Assembly: GCA_045105115.1 (NCBI GenBank)
Contig: JBGCDE010000056.1
Coordinates: 13,323-77,322 of the forward strand
Source: Pseudomonadales bacterium
GTDB lineage: Bacteria; Pseudomonadota; Gammaproteobacteria; Pseudomonadales; JAUIET01
DNA length: 64,000 nt
Direction: 5' to 3'
Below, in pieces: positions 1-9,172 of the stretch (within the stretch, counting starts at the first letter, position 1; each line of letters opens with the position of its first letter). The position numbers and the translations under genes are program-made. A model generated the notes under the pieces. That model was not told the origin of the DNA. It searched no databases and saw only the letters and a program-made list of their open reading frames with translations.

Positions 1-1369
1 GACCGACGTTCAAAGACTCAATGCCTGGCTGACCGCCCGTAATGGTCAAGCACAGATTGTGATTGGCACACGCTCGGCTTTGTTGGCGCCACTGCCGGCT
101 TTGGGTCTAATTATTGTGGACGAAGAACACGACGGCTCATTCAAGCAGCAAGACGGACTGCGCTATTCAGCGCGCGACCTTGCCATTAAACGTGCTCATT
201 TAAATGATATTCCCGTGTTGCTCGGTTCAGCTACACCATCGCTGGAAAGTCTTGCGAATGCAAAACAAGGTAAATACAGTCTGTTAGAGCTAACTCAGCG
301 TGCTGGTGGCGCATTGCCACCGCACATTAATTTGAGCGATTGCAACGAGCCTTTCGCGGCAGACGGGCTAGCCTTCACTGTAATCGACGCCGCACGTCGT
401 CATCTAAAAGAAGGCGCCCAAGTACTAATCTTCATTAACCGGCGCGGCTTCGCACCGTCCCTGCTGTGTTCACAGTGTGGCTGGATTGCCAAATGCTCAG
501 CGTGCGATGTTCGCATGACCGCCCATTTGATGGGAAATCAATTAATCTGCCACCATTGCGAGCGACGCGAAATCTGGCCAAAACAATGCCCGACTTGCCA
601 GCATCAACCCTTGCAGACCCTGGGCAGCGGCACGCAAAAACTTGAGCAAACCCTGGAGCAGCATTTTCCGGATGTGGCAGTCATCAGGGTGGATCGCGAT
701 TCAACCCAGCGTAAAGGATCACTGCACAGCAAGCTTGCCAAGGCTCAATCAGGCGAACCCTGTGTATTGCTGGGCACACAGATGCTGGCCAAGGGACACC
801 ATTTTCCCAATCTTTCGATGGTCGCGATTCTGGACGCCGACACTGCTTTATACAGCTCGGATTACCGCGGCCCGGAACGTATGGCGCAAACAATTACGCA
901 AGTGGCTGGTCGCGCTGGTCGTGGAGAACGACCAGGTGAAGTGTTTGTCCAAAGCCAGCTACCCGACCACCCGCTGCTTATTCAAATAACCACCGACAGC
1001 TACGGCGAATTCGCAGACAGACTATTAGAGGAACGCTCTGCATTAGCCTTACCGCCCTTCAGCAAATCGGCTGCCTTGTTTGGCGAACATCGAGCGCTGG
1101 ATGAGCTTCTGGAATGCATGCGCGTCTTGCGTCAAAACGTGGAACGATCACTTGGCAAACAAGGCCTTGGCGACATAATGACCGTTGGGCCTGTGCCTGC
1201 TCCTATGCCGCGCAAGTCAAACCGCTTTCGGGCACAAATGATCTTATACAGTCAGCAACCGAGTACCCTCCACCGCTATTTGTCGTCACTGAGAAAAACA
1301 CTTGATCAAAATACAACACCCAGAGGCATGCGCCTGGCCATTGACGTTGACCCAATAGATACAAATTAG
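1..1369 (+). CDS. priA: Primosomal protein N' (PriA helicase), C-terminal ~455 aa; the 5' end lies upstream of the window
   Basis: Frame 2 is open from nt 2. The translation shows IVIGTRSALLAPLP..LIIVDEEHD (DExH motif II), the Cys-rich zinc insert CSQCGWIAKCSACDVRM..CHHCERRE..CPTC, and helicase C motifs LLGTQMLAKGHHFP and QVAGRAGRG. The 'M' at nt 59 in the ORF track is an internal GTG. Confidence 0.93.
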   Translation, partial: TDVQRLNAWLTARNGQAQIVIGTRSALLAPLPALGLIIVDEEHDGSFKQQDGLRYSARDLAIKRAHLNDIPVLLGSATPSLESLANAKQGKYSLLELTQRAGGALPPHINLSDCNEPFAADGLAFTVIDAARRHLKEGAQVLIFINRRGFAPSLLCSQCGWIAKCSACDVRMTAHLMGNQLICHHCERREIWPKQCPTCQHQPLQTLGSGTQKLEQTLEQHFPDVAVIRVDRDSTQRKGSLHSKLAKAQSGEPCVLLGTQMLAKGHHFPNLSMVAILDADTALYSSDYRGPERMAQTITQVAGRAGRGERPGEVFVQSQLPDHPLLIQITTDSYGEFADRLLEERSALALPPFSKSAALFGEHRALDELLECMRVLRQNVERSLGKQGLGDIMTVGPVPAPMPRKSNRFRAQMILYSQQPSTLHRYLSSLRKTLDQNTTPRGMRLAIDVDPIDTN

Positions 1370-1449
1370 ACCATTCTGCCCCTGACTCGATTGGCAACAC
1401 CGACCTTGGTTTGCATAATAGCGCCGACCAATCCCTTCTGTTTCTCACC

Positions 1450-2043
1450 ATGGCCTACGATTTTGCCAAGCGCAAAAAAAAGCGCAAACGCACCTCTAAA
1501 AAACAACAAGAACTGAGTTCACGACCAGTTTGGTTTGGAACCGGTGTTGCCTGTGGTTTGTTTATTGCCTACTTGTTGCACCTGACACAATGGCTACCTC
1601 ATAGCGCGCCCGACAACGCAGTAGCCAAACAAACCGCCCCTGTGGCAATAGAGCCAAAGCAAGCGCCGAAGAAAGCGGAACAAGCCGCCGGATCTGGGAA
1701 CAAGACCGCGCGATTCGAGTTTTACGACATGTTGCCTGAACGCCAGGCTAAAGTAAGCCAAAGCAGTAAAGGCGCCTACAAAACCCGTGAAGAACTCAAG
1801 CAAAAGCCCATATCATATTTACTGCAAGCCGGTTCTTTTGCGGTGGCCAAAGACGCCGAAAATCATCGAGCAACGATTACTCTGCTGGGCTTAACACCCA
1901 GGGTTGAGGCGCAAACCTTGCCTTCCGGCACAACAGCGCACCGGGTGTTTGTTGGTCCGTATGCATCGCATGGCGCCATGGAGCATGCCCGCGCCACTCT
2001 GCACTCAGAAGGAATCGAGACTCTGCTACTTGAGAAACGCTAA
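1450..2043 (+). CDS. SPOR-domain peptidoglycan-binding / cell-division protein (FtsN/DedD-like)
   Basis: ATG at 1450 (MAYDFAKRKKKRKR), one TM segment (VWFGTGVACGLFIAYLL), and a C-terminal SPOR repeat YLLQAGSFAVAKDAENHRATITLLGL..HRVFVGPYASHGAMEHA. The ORF-track start at 1411 is an upstream TTG. Confidence 0.8.
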   Translation: MAYDFAKRKKKRKRTSKKQQELSSRPVWFGTGVACGLFIAYLLHLTQWLPHSAPDNAVAKQTAPVAIEPKQAPKKAEQAAGSGNKTARFEFYDMLPERQAKVSQSSKGAYKTREELKQKPISYLLQAGSFAVAKDAENHRATITLLGLTPRVEAQTLPSGTTAHRVFVGPYASHGAMEHARATLHSEGIETLLLEKR

Positions 2044-2095
2044 GCTCGCCCCCATACAATAGAATTACGCTCACTTCTCAGCTTCGGAGACCCCA

Positions 2096-2638
2096 ATGGA
2101 GCAATATCGCGGCACAACTATCGTGTCGGTTAGACGCAATGGCCACGTAGTCATTGGCGGTGACGGCCAGGTCAGTCAGGGCAACACCATCATGAAAGGT
2201 AATGCCCGCAAAGTGCGACGCCTGCACAACAATCAGGTATTGGCCGGATTTGCAGGCGGAACAGCTGATGCGTTTACCTTGTTCGAGTTGTTCGAAGCGC
2301 AACTGGACAAATATCAGGGCAAGCTAATGCGCGCCGCTGTGGAACTGGCGAAAGCCTGGCGCACAGAGCGCTCTCTAAGACGCCTTGAGGCCTTGCTCGC
2401 GGTGGCCGACAAAGACACATCATTGATCATAACTGGCAATGGCGACGTAATAGAACCTGAAGACAGTCTGATAGCAATTGGCTCAGGCGGCCCATTTGCA
2501 CAATCGGCTGCACGCGCCCTGCTGGACAACACCGAACTCAGCGCTCGTGAAATTACCGAGAAAGCACTGGGCATTGCCGGCGATATTTGCATCTATACCA
2601 ACCACAATCACACCATCGAAGAACTGGCAGAAAAATGA
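2096..2638 (+). CDS. hslV: ATP-dependent protease subunit HslV
   Basis: [44 protein letters not shown] Shine-Dalgarno sits 6 nt upstream. Six residues (MEQYRG) precede the catalytic Thr. The stop overlaps the hslU start (ATGA). Confidence 0.95.
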   Translation: MEQYRGTTIVSVRRNGHVVIGGDGQVSQGNTIMKGNARKVRRLHNNQVLAGFAGGTADAFTLFELFEAQLDKYQGKLMRAAVELAKAWRTERSLRRLEALLAVADKDTSLIITGNGDVIEPEDSLIAIGSGGPFAQSAARALLDNTELSAREITEKALGIAGDICIYTNHNHTIEELAEK

Positions 2639-3954
2639 GCAATATGACGCCACGTGAAATCGTTCACGAACTTGACCGCCACATAGTTGGCCAGTCGGAC
2701 GCAAAACGCGCTGTAGCGATAGCCCTGCGTAACCGCTGGCGGCGCATGCAACTCGATGAGGATATGCGCGAAGAGATCACGCCAAAAAATATCTTGATGA
2801 TTGGCCCGACTGGTGTCGGCAAGACCGAGATTGCGCGCCGTCTGGCTAAACTGGCGAACGCGCCATTTATAAAAGTAGAGGCCACCAAATTCACCGAAGT
2901 CGGCTACGTAGGCCGAGACGTAGAATCGATTGTGCGCGACCTGGTAGACGGTTCAATTAAAAAACTGCGTGAAGAAGAGTACGCAAAGGTCGATCACCGC
3001 GCGATGGACGCCGCCGAAGAACGCGTTTTGGACGCGTTACTCCCGCCTGCACGCGACGCTGATACGGAAGAAAAGGAAACCAGCACCCGTCAGATTTTCA
3101 GAAAAAAACTGCGTGAAGGCGAGCTCGATGACAAAGAAATCGAAATCGACCTAAGCAGCTCACCGATGGTAGCCCAGATCATGGCACCACCCGGTATGGA
3201 GGAAATGACAGACCAACTGCAATCCATGTTTTCCAACATGGGCAGTGGCAAAAAGAGCACCAGAAAACTCACTGTTAAAGCGGCTCTCTCGAGCTTGCGA
3301 GATGAAGAAGCTGCCAAACTAATTAATGAAGACGACCTCAAACTACGCGCCGTTGAAGAAGCCGAGCAAAACGGCATCGTATTCATTGACGAGTTAGACA
3401 AAGTGGCAAAACGCAGCGAAGGCGCAGGCGCTGATGTATCCCGTGAGGGCGTTCAACGCGACCTGCTGCCGCTGATTGAAGGCTGCACAGTCACCACAAA
3501 ATACGGCACCGTGAAAACCGACCATATTCTGTTTATTGCATCGGGTGCATTTCACCTGGCCAAGCCCAGCGACCTGATACCGGAATTACAAGGCAGACTG
3601 CCAATCCGGGTAGAGCTCAGTGCACTAAGCCCGGACGACTTCCGTAGAATTCTAACCGAGCCCAAAGCCTCGCTCACCGAGCAATACCGCGCACTGCTCG
3701 CCACAGAAGGGGTCAAGGTTGAATTCACCGACGACGGCATACAGAAAGTTGCAGAGATTGCTTGGGAAGTGAATGAGCGCACCGAAAACATAGGTGCCCG
3801 ACGCTTGCATACTGTTTTGGAACGCTTGCTGGAAAGCGCCTCTTTTGATGCGGCCGATAAAGGTGACAGCACACTGAACATTGACAGCGCCTATGTTGAA
3901 GAACAAGTTGGCGAACTAGCTCAGGATGAAGACCTGAGCCGATTTATTCTATAG
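2635..3954 (+). CDS. hslU: ATP-dependent protease ATPase subunit HslU
   Basis: [34 protein letters not shown], Walker [16 protein letters not shown], Walker [11 protein letters not shown], and C-terminal [17 protein letters not shown]. The start at ATG 2635 was chosen over the longer ORF-track start at 2587. Confidence 0.95.
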   Translation: MSNMTPREIVHELDRHIVGQSDAKRAVAIALRNRWRRMQLDEDMREEITPKNILMIGPTGVGKTEIARRLAKLANAPFIKVEATKFTEVGYVGRDVESIVRDLVDGSIKKLREEEYAKVDHRAMDAAEERVLDALLPPARDADTEEKETSTRQIFRKKLREGELDDKEIEIDLSSSPMVAQIMAPPGMEEMTDQLQSMFSNMGSGKKSTRKLTVKAALSSLRDEEAAKLINEDDLKLRAVEEAEQNGIVFIDELDKVAKRSEGAGADVSREGVQRDLLPLIEGCTVTTKYGTVKTDHILFIASGAFHLAKPSDLIPELQGRLPIRVELSALSPDDFRRILTEPKASLTEQYRALLATEGVKVEFTDDGIQKVAEIAWEVNERTENIGARRLHTVLERLLESASFDAADKGDSTLNIDSAYVEEQVGELAQDEDLSRFIL

Positions 3955-3963
3955 CCGCACACC

Positions 3964-4353
3964 ATGTCAGACGCACCCATTCCCAACAATATTCATCTGC
4001 ACAAGCATTCCGCCGAACTGGAGCTAGGCTACAGTGACGGCGCTTCGTACCGCCTGAGCTGCGAATACCTGCGGGTATATTCCCCGTCAGCCGAAGTTCG
4101 TGGCCACGGCAAAGGCCAGGAAGTGCTACAAACCGGCAAAAAGTACGTCAATATTGAGGGGATAGAAGCCACCGGCAACTACGCCATTCAAATCAGCTTC
4201 AATGACGGCCACGACACCGGTATTTATTCCTGGGACTATCTGTACGATCTGTGCGCAAATCAGCAAGCCAAATGGCAAGATTATCTGGCAAGGCTTAAGG
4301 CTGAGGAAGGTAGTCGGGAACCAAATTCGGATCCGATAATCTTTAAATCCTAG
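3964..4353 (+). CDS. DUF971 (gamma-butyrobetaine hydroxylase N-terminal-like) family protein
   Basis: 129 aa with YSPSAEVRGHG..NYAIQISFNDGHDTGIYSWDYLY, the typical DUF971 signature. It sits directly downstream of hslU, as in many gammaproteobacteria. Confidence 0.7.
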   Translation: MSDAPIPNNIHLHKHSAELELGYSDGASYRLSCEYLRVYSPSAEVRGHGKGQEVLQTGKKYVNIEGIEATGNYAIQISFNDGHDTGIYSWDYLYDLCANQQAKWQDYLARLKAEEGSREPNSDPIIFKS

Positions 4354-4369
4354 AGATCAATCCCATCGC

Positions 4370-4496
4370 GTCCGGCGCTGGACTGCCTATTAGCTAGCTG
4401 GACACGCCGTGAATCCATCCATGGAGTCTCATTTTCGACATCCATGTCTCAAACGGTCCAGCTAGCTAATAGGCAGCCCAGCACCTCAGTGCCAAT
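4370..4496 (-). repeat. Core-52 foldback element, copy A (subtype 1)
   Basis: Arms 4374-4403 and 4456-4485 pair over 30 bp; the two non-Watson-Crick positions are both G:U on the minus strand. The 52-nt core is 4404-4455 (acgccgtgaatccatccatggagtctcattttcgacatccatgtctcaaacg). It is flanked by gtccggc (4370-4376) and cctcagtgccaat (4484-4496). Confidence 0.85.
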
Positions 4497-4520
4497 CATC
4501 GGCAGCACCTACCAAAGAGA

Positions 4521-4665
4521 GTTTCAGTATCGATTACCCCCTTTGCGAAGGTAAAAAACGCAGGCCGAGAGAACAAAAAAGACTTTCGCAGAAAGGCTTT
4601 TTTGAGAAAGAGGGAACCGCGGAGCGGCCCAGTTGCGCAGCAAAGGGGGTAATCGATACTGAAAC
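4521..4665. repeat. Long perfect inverted repeat (25/25 bp arms) enclosing a 95-nt insert; possible distant relative of the core-52 family
   Basis: 4521-4545 gtttcagtatcgattaccccctttg is the exact reverse complement of 4641-4665. The insert contains a terminator-like hairpin and gagaaagagggaacc, which resembles gaaaagagggacc in cores D and E. Confidence 0.8.
4575..4603 (+). terminator. Rho-independent terminator-like hairpin, symmetric (A-tract / stem / T-tract), inside the 4521-4665 palindrome
   Basis: aaaaaa-gactttc-gca-gaaaggc-tttttt. It lies downstream of the hslVU-DUF971 unit and upstream of ubiE. Confidence 0.45.
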
Positions 4666-4725
4666 GTATTAAGAACCCATCACGAGAATCGCGTACACCG
4701 CCCCCACAAGCGGTACAATACCCAA

Positions 4726-5475
4726 ATGACAAAGCAAGACAAAACCCACTTCGGCTACCAACAAGTAGACACCGATAAAAAACAAAGCATGGTCGCCGAC
4801 GTATTCCACTCCGTCGCCAGCCAATACGACATCATGAACGACCTCATGTCGGCCGGAATCCACCGCATCTGGAAACGCTTCACCATCGAAGTAAGCGCCG
4901 TACGTCCAGGCCACAAAGTACTCGACATAGCCGGCGGTACAGGTGACCTCGCCGAGAAGTTTCACGCACTCGTCGGCAGCGAAGGCCACGTTATTTTGGC
5001 TGACATTAACGACTCGATGCTCACAATGGGCAGAGACCGCCTGACCGATGCCGGCGTCTGCGGACACCTCGACTATGTGCAGGCTAACGCTGAAGATTTA
5101 CCCTTTGAATCCGACAGCTTCGATTGCGTCACGATTTCTTTTGGCCTCAGGAACGTCACAGATAAAGACAAAGCCCTGAGATCCATGTTGCGGGTCCTAA
5201 AGCCCGGCGGCAAATTGCTGATACTCGAGTTTTCAAAGCCAAAAAATGAATTGATGAGTAAAGCCTACGACGCATACTCATTCAGTATCTTGCCGGCGCT
5301 TGGCAAGATGATCACCAACGACAGTGACAGCTATCGCTACCTTGCAGAATCTATTCGCAAGCACCCCGACCAGGAAACACTGAAAGACATGGTGTATGAC
5401 GCCGGTTTTGAAAACGTTGAATACCATGACATGACCGGTGGTGTAGTCGCACTGCACACTGGAGTAAAACCCTGA
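4726..5475 (+). CDS. ubiE: Ubiquinone/menaquinone biosynthesis C-methyltransferase UbiE
   Basis: [44 protein letters not shown] motif [11 protein letters not shown], and [11 protein letters not shown]. Confidence 0.93.
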   Translation: MTKQDKTHFGYQQVDTDKKQSMVADVFHSVASQYDIMNDLMSAGIHRIWKRFTIEVSAVRPGHKVLDIAGGTGDLAEKFHALVGSEGHVILADINDSMLTMGRDRLTDAGVCGHLDYVQANAEDLPFESDSFDCVTISFGLRNVTDKDKALRSMLRVLKPGGKLLILEFSKPKNELMSKAYDAYSFSILPALGKMITNDSDSYRYLAESIRKHPDQETLKDMVYDAGFENVEYHDMTGGVVALHTGVKP

Positions 5476-6113
5476 TGGCAGATCCGGCTCTGCAAACTGC
5501 CGCCTTGGCCGGATTAGAATTTGTCGTTAACAAAGCGCTCGAGCTCGATCCCGCCACATTAAAAAGACTGGCAGAGCTGGATGGCAAAGTGCTATTAGTC
5601 CATTGCCACAGCCCTGACATCAAAGTGTATTGCTTGCCTGGCAAAACCGGTGTGCAATTCAAGTCCTGGCATGATGATAACGACGTCGACAGCTCGCTCA
5701 GCGGTAAGCTTTCCCAATTCGTGCAATTGATGCAAGCACAAGACAAAGCAGCCGCTCTGATTAATGGCGAACTGAGTGTGCATGGCAACAGTCAAGATTT
5801 CGTTAGCTTGCAGGCTATACTCGCGCAGCTTGATATAGATTGGGAGCAACCCATCGCACGTGTATTTGGCGACGTTGGCGGGCATCAGCTGGGTCGTCTT
5901 ATTCGTGGTGGCCTGGCGTTTGGACAACAAGCCCAGGAAAACCTGCACACCCAGCTTGAGCAGTTTGTACATCAGGAAGCGGGAATACTTCCTGCACGGA
6001 AAGAGCTGGAAAGCTTTTATCAGGAAGTGGGCGACTTGAATTTACGGGTTGATCGACTGCAAGCCCGGGTTGCTCGGATTGCGCAACGCCTTGCTAAGCA
6101 AAATCCGGCTTAA
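5475..6113 (+). CDS. ubiJ: Ubiquinone biosynthesis accessory factor UbiJ (SCP2-like, YigP family)
   Basis: 212 aa placed between ubiE and ubiB, with a 1-nt TGATG overlap with ubiE. The N-terminal region is SCP2-like, followed by a C-terminal amphipathic helix. The call rests mainly on conserved position. Confidence 0.7.
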   Translation: MADPALQTAALAGLEFVVNKALELDPATLKRLAELDGKVLLVHCHSPDIKVYCLPGKTGVQFKSWHDDNDVDSSLSGKLSQFVQLMQAQDKAAALINGELSVHGNSQDFVSLQAILAQLDIDWEQPIARVFGDVGGHQLGRLIRGGLAFGQQAQENLHTQLEQFVHQEAGILPARKELESFYQEVGDLNLRVDRLQARVARIAQRLAKQNPA

Positions 6114-6126
6114 CTCTACGAACATT

Positions 6127-7782
6127 ATGGCCTTGATACAAAACTGCAAACGATCGGCACGCATACTCAGAGTAGCTGCGCGCTATCGTCTCGATGCACT
6201 GATTGATAAATCGCGCCTGCCATGGGCTCTGCGTGCATTACTTTCACCATTAGCGATATTACCAAACAACAAAGCGGCTCGAGGTGAGCGAATTCGCCTG
6301 GCACTGCAAGATCTTGGCCCTGTGTTTATCAAGCTAGGGCAAATGCTGTCAACACGGCCGGATCTGTTACCCGATGATATCGCCGCGTCATTAAACCAAC
6401 TGCAAGACCAGGTAGAGCCGTTTGCGAGTGACCAGGCAATCAAAGTAGTTGAGCAAGCGTTTGGTCAATCTGTAAATGATCTGTTCACACGATTTGACAC
6501 AACACCACTGGCCTCGGCATCAATTGCACAAGTACACGCCGCGGAGCTGACCTTACCCGGTCAGGATAAGCCACTTGATGTGGTGGTGAAAATTGTGCGG
6601 CCAGGTATCGAGCGGCTTATAGAGCAAGACACCGACCTTATGTTTTCCCTGGCGCGTATGGTCAAGCGTTACGCGCCCGACGGTGAGCGCTTGAAGCCCA
6701 TCGAAGTCGTTAGTGATTATCGCGATATCATTTATGACGAATTGAATATGCAGCTCGAGGCCGCTAATACCAGCCAGTTGCGGCGCAACTTCCTCAATTC
6801 AGACTTGCTGTACGTACCGGAAGTGTATTGGGATTTCGTTCGCAGTAATGTATTGGTGATGGAGCGCATATACGGCACACCCATATGTAATATTGATGAG
6901 TTGCATGCGGCAAACGTTAATATGAAAGAATTGGCTGAGCGTGGTGTTGAAATATTTTTCTCTCAAGTCTTCCGCGACAGTTTCTTCCACGCCGATATGC
7001 ACCCTGGCAATATTTTCGTCAACGTTAGCAACCCGGACAAGCCGCAATACATAGGTATCGATTGCGCGATAATAGGCAGTCTCGACGACGATGACCTTTA
7101 TTATCTTGCGCGCAATTTGCTAGCCATCTTTCAGCGCGACTACCGCACTGTGGCCGAAATGCACGTTGAAAGTGGCTGGGTGCCTGAGCATATTCGACCA
7201 GGCGATTTCGAATCAGCGATACGCAGTGTCTGCGAGCCAATTTTTGAAAAGCCATTGGCAGAAATATCCTTTGGTCAAATCTTGTTGTATTTGTTTACCG
7301 TAGCGCGCCGCTTCGAAATGAGTGTGCAACCAAATCTGGTACTGTTGGAAAAAACACTATTAGCCGTGGAGGGCCTTGGTCGCCAGCTCTACCCACAACT
7401 AGACCTGTGGCAAACGGCGCAACCTTTTCTGGAAGACTGGATGGCCAAGCGCTATGCGCCTGCTCAGGTTTTACAGCGCATGCAAAAGCAGGCCCCCACT
7501 TTGTTACAACACCTGCCGCAGCTGCCCGAACTATTGATCGACAATCTGAAATCATCGGCAGCGCTGCGAGAATCTGCACAGCAACAGCAGCGCCAACTAC
7601 AGATTCTCGAAGAACAAGGCCGGCGGCGGGAACGTCGTCAGAAGCTTGCTGCAGGCATATTGCTTGTGGCCGGCGCCCTGCTATTCTTTGGTCCGCAAGC
7701 GTCATTGTTTGAGGGTTACGATTTTCGCACCTCTGCTGCTATTGTTGGTGGCTTGGGAGTTACCTGGTTATTACTGGGTTAG
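6127..7782 (+). CDS. ubiB: Ubiquinone biosynthesis regulatory kinase-like protein UbiB (ABC1/ADCK family)
   Basis: LGPVFIKLGQMLSTRPDLLP..ASASIAQVHAA..VVVKIVRPG..FFHADMHPGNIF, plus C-terminal TM helices. The start at ATG 6127 (MALIQNCKR) was chosen over 6049. Confidence 0.9.
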   Translation: MALIQNCKRSARILRVAARYRLDALIDKSRLPWALRALLSPLAILPNNKAARGERIRLALQDLGPVFIKLGQMLSTRPDLLPDDIAASLNQLQDQVEPFASDQAIKVVEQAFGQSVNDLFTRFDTTPLASASIAQVHAAELTLPGQDKPLDVVVKIVRPGIERLIEQDTDLMFSLARMVKRYAPDGERLKPIEVVSDYRDIIYDELNMQLEAANTSQLRRNFLNSDLLYVPEVYWDFVRSNVLVMERIYGTPICNIDELHAANVNMKELAERGVEIFFSQVFRDSFFHADMHPGNIFVNVSNPDKPQYIGIDCAIIGSLDDDDLYYLARNLLAIFQRDYRTVAEMHVESGWVPEHIRPGDFESAIRSVCEPIFEKPLAEISFGQILLYLFTVARRFEMSVQPNLVLLEKTLLAVEGLGRQLYPQLDLWQTAQPFLEDWMAKRYAPAQVLQRMQKQAPTLLQHLPQLPELLIDNLKSSAALRESAQQQQRQLQILEEQGRRRERRQKLAAGILLVAGALLFFGPQASLFEGYDFRTSAAIVGGLGVTWLLLG

Positions 7783-7810
7783 GCACTGAGCTTATTGAGC
7801 GCATTCACCT

Positions 7811-8203
7811 ATGACTACTGACATTCTTGACGAGATTGCCTGGAATAGCGATGGCCTGGTGCCGGCAATTGCACAAGACCACGAAAGCCGCGACGTGCTG
7901 ATGATGGCCTGGATGAATCGTGATGCATTGCAACATACTATAGACAGTCAAACGGCGGTGTACTGGTCCCGGTCACGTGCTCGGTTGTGGCACAAAGGCG
8001 AAGAGTCAGGACACCAACAGCAGGTACATGAAATAAGGCTGGACTGCGACAATGATGTCATTATATTGTTGGTCGAACAGATCGGCGGCATCGCCTGTCA
8101 CACTGGGCGGAGATCGTGCTTCTATCGTCGTCTGGAAGACGGACAATGGCAATCCGTTGAGCCCGTGCTTAAAGACCCCAACGACATATACTCAAAGCGC
8201 TAA
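7811..8203 (+). CDS. hisI: Phosphoribosyl-AMP cyclohydrolase
   Basis: [74 protein letters not shown]. Confidence 0.92.
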   Translation: MTTDILDEIAWNSDGLVPAIAQDHESRDVLMMAWMNRDALQHTIDSQTAVYWSRSRARLWHKGEESGHQQQVHEIRLDCDNDVIILLVEQIGGIACHTGRRSCFYRRLEDGQWQSVEPVLKDPNDIYSKR

Positions 8204-8221
8204 CAGGTAAGAAACTCACAA

Positions 8222-8560
8222 ATGCATGACGTACTTCAGGAATTAACTGACATCATCGAAGAACGATTAAGGTCGTCCGATGATCAAAGTTCCTACGTGG
8301 CCAAGTTGGGCAGCGCGGGCCTGGACAAGATACTTGAAAAAGTGGGCGAAGAGTCTATTGAAGTCATATTGGCGGCCAAACACGCTGAGCAATTTAATAA
8401 TAATGAGAAGTTGATACACGAATCAGCCGACTTGTTGTTCCATACTTTAGTGATGCTTGCCTCACTGGGTGCAAACATCAATCAGGTGCTTGATGAACTT
8501 GCGACGCGGTTTGGCACCTCCGGGCTTGAAGAAAAGAGACTTAGGCGCGAGCAGGATTAG
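8222..8560 (+). CDS. hisE: Phosphoribosyl-ATP pyrophosphatase
   Basis: SYVAKLGSAGLDKILEKVGEESIEVILAAK..ESADLLFHTLVML. It is adjacent to hisI. Confidence 0.9.
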   Translation: MHDVLQELTDIIEERLRSSDDQSSYVAKLGSAGLDKILEKVGEESIEVILAAKHAEQFNNNEKLIHESADLLFHTLVMLASLGANINQVLDELATRFGTSGLEEKRLRREQD

Positions 8561-8588
8561 CAAAGGGTTTTAAGAGGGTTATAGAATC

Positions 8589-8810
8589 ATGGGTATTAGT
8601 GGAATCAGTATCTGGCAATTGCTTATTATTCTGGCCATTGTGGTGATGCTATTTGGCACCAAGCGCTTGCGTAATATGGGCAGCGATCTTGGCGAGGCGA
8701 TCAAGGGCTTTCGAAATTCAATCAATGATAAGGAAGAAGAGGCCCTTGAAGAGCAAGCCAATGGCGACGTAATTGACGCCAAAGCAGAGAAAGTGGAAGA
8801 CAGTAAGTAA
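8589..8810 (+). CDS. tatA: Sec-independent translocase subunit TatA
   Basis: [42 protein letters not shown]. Confidence 0.9.
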   Translation: MGISGISIWQLLIILAIVVMLFGTKRLRNMGSDLGEAIKGFRNSINDKEEEALEEQANGDVIDAKAEKVEDSK

Positions 8811-8839
8811 GCCACTGATTACTCGCCGGACATATTCCC

Positions 8840-9172
8840 ATGTTTGATATCGGATTCGCCGAATTGCTGGCAATAGCCGTTGTTGGCTTGTTAGTCATTG
8901 GTCCTGAGCAGCTGCCAGGCACCGTGCGTACCGTCATGTTATGGCTTGGCCGACTGCGGTCCAGTTTCAGTGATGTTAGACGCGATATTGAACGCGAAAT
9001 CGGTGCTGAAGATATTCGCCGCCAGTTGCACAATGAATCTGTGATGCGCGAACTCGAAAAAACGCGCAAGGACATTAATAGCATTGCCGATGATGCTCGC
9101 GATACCATCGCAGAAAGCAAGGCCTCGATCGAGGCCGACTTGACGTCCAACAAACAATCCCGAGATGACTGA
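8840..9172 (+). CDS. tatB: Sec-independent translocase subunit TatB
   Basis: MFDIGFAELLAIAVVGLLVIGPEQLP. It lies between tatA and tatC. Confidence 0.85.
   Translation: MFDIGFAELLAIAVVGLLVIGPEQLPGTVRTVMLWLGRLRSSFSDVRRDIEREIGAEDIRRQLHNESVMRELEKTRKDINSIADDARDTIAESKASIEADLTSNKQSRDD

Noticed and set aside
2096-2116. Six-residue N-terminal extension (MEQYRG) before the catalytic Thr of HslV, considered as a possible mis-start
   Set aside because: No alternative start codon lies directly before the Thr codon, and the ATG at 2096 has a good GGAGA Shine-Dalgarno. A short propeptide is the simplest reading and not unusual enough to report as a finding.
2664-3906. Several 60-110 aa ORFs antisense to, or out of frame within, hslU (for example 3090-3401 and 3552-3881)
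   Set aside because: They are embedded in a highly conserved gene, have Ser/Ala/Arg-rich compositions typical of antisense frames, and carry no motifs. Similar embedded ORFs occur throughout the window (7295-7712 in ubiB, 35093-36697 in the PQQ-ADH, 59272-60078 in ygiQ, and others).
4484-4496. TTGGCAC in the conserved flank of copies A and C (also 20537-20549) as a sigma54 -24 element
   Set aside because: In copy A the downstream GC gives GG-N9-GC rather than the required GG-N10-GC, and copy C has no TTGC-like -12 element at all. The motif is also absent from copies B, D and E.
4496-5067. Minus-strand ORFs 4496-4732 (78 aa) and 4669-5067 (132 aa)
   Set aside because: The first is a translation of the 4521-4665 palindrome. 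The second is antisense to the well-supported ubiE gene. Neither has a recognisable motif or ribosome-binding site.
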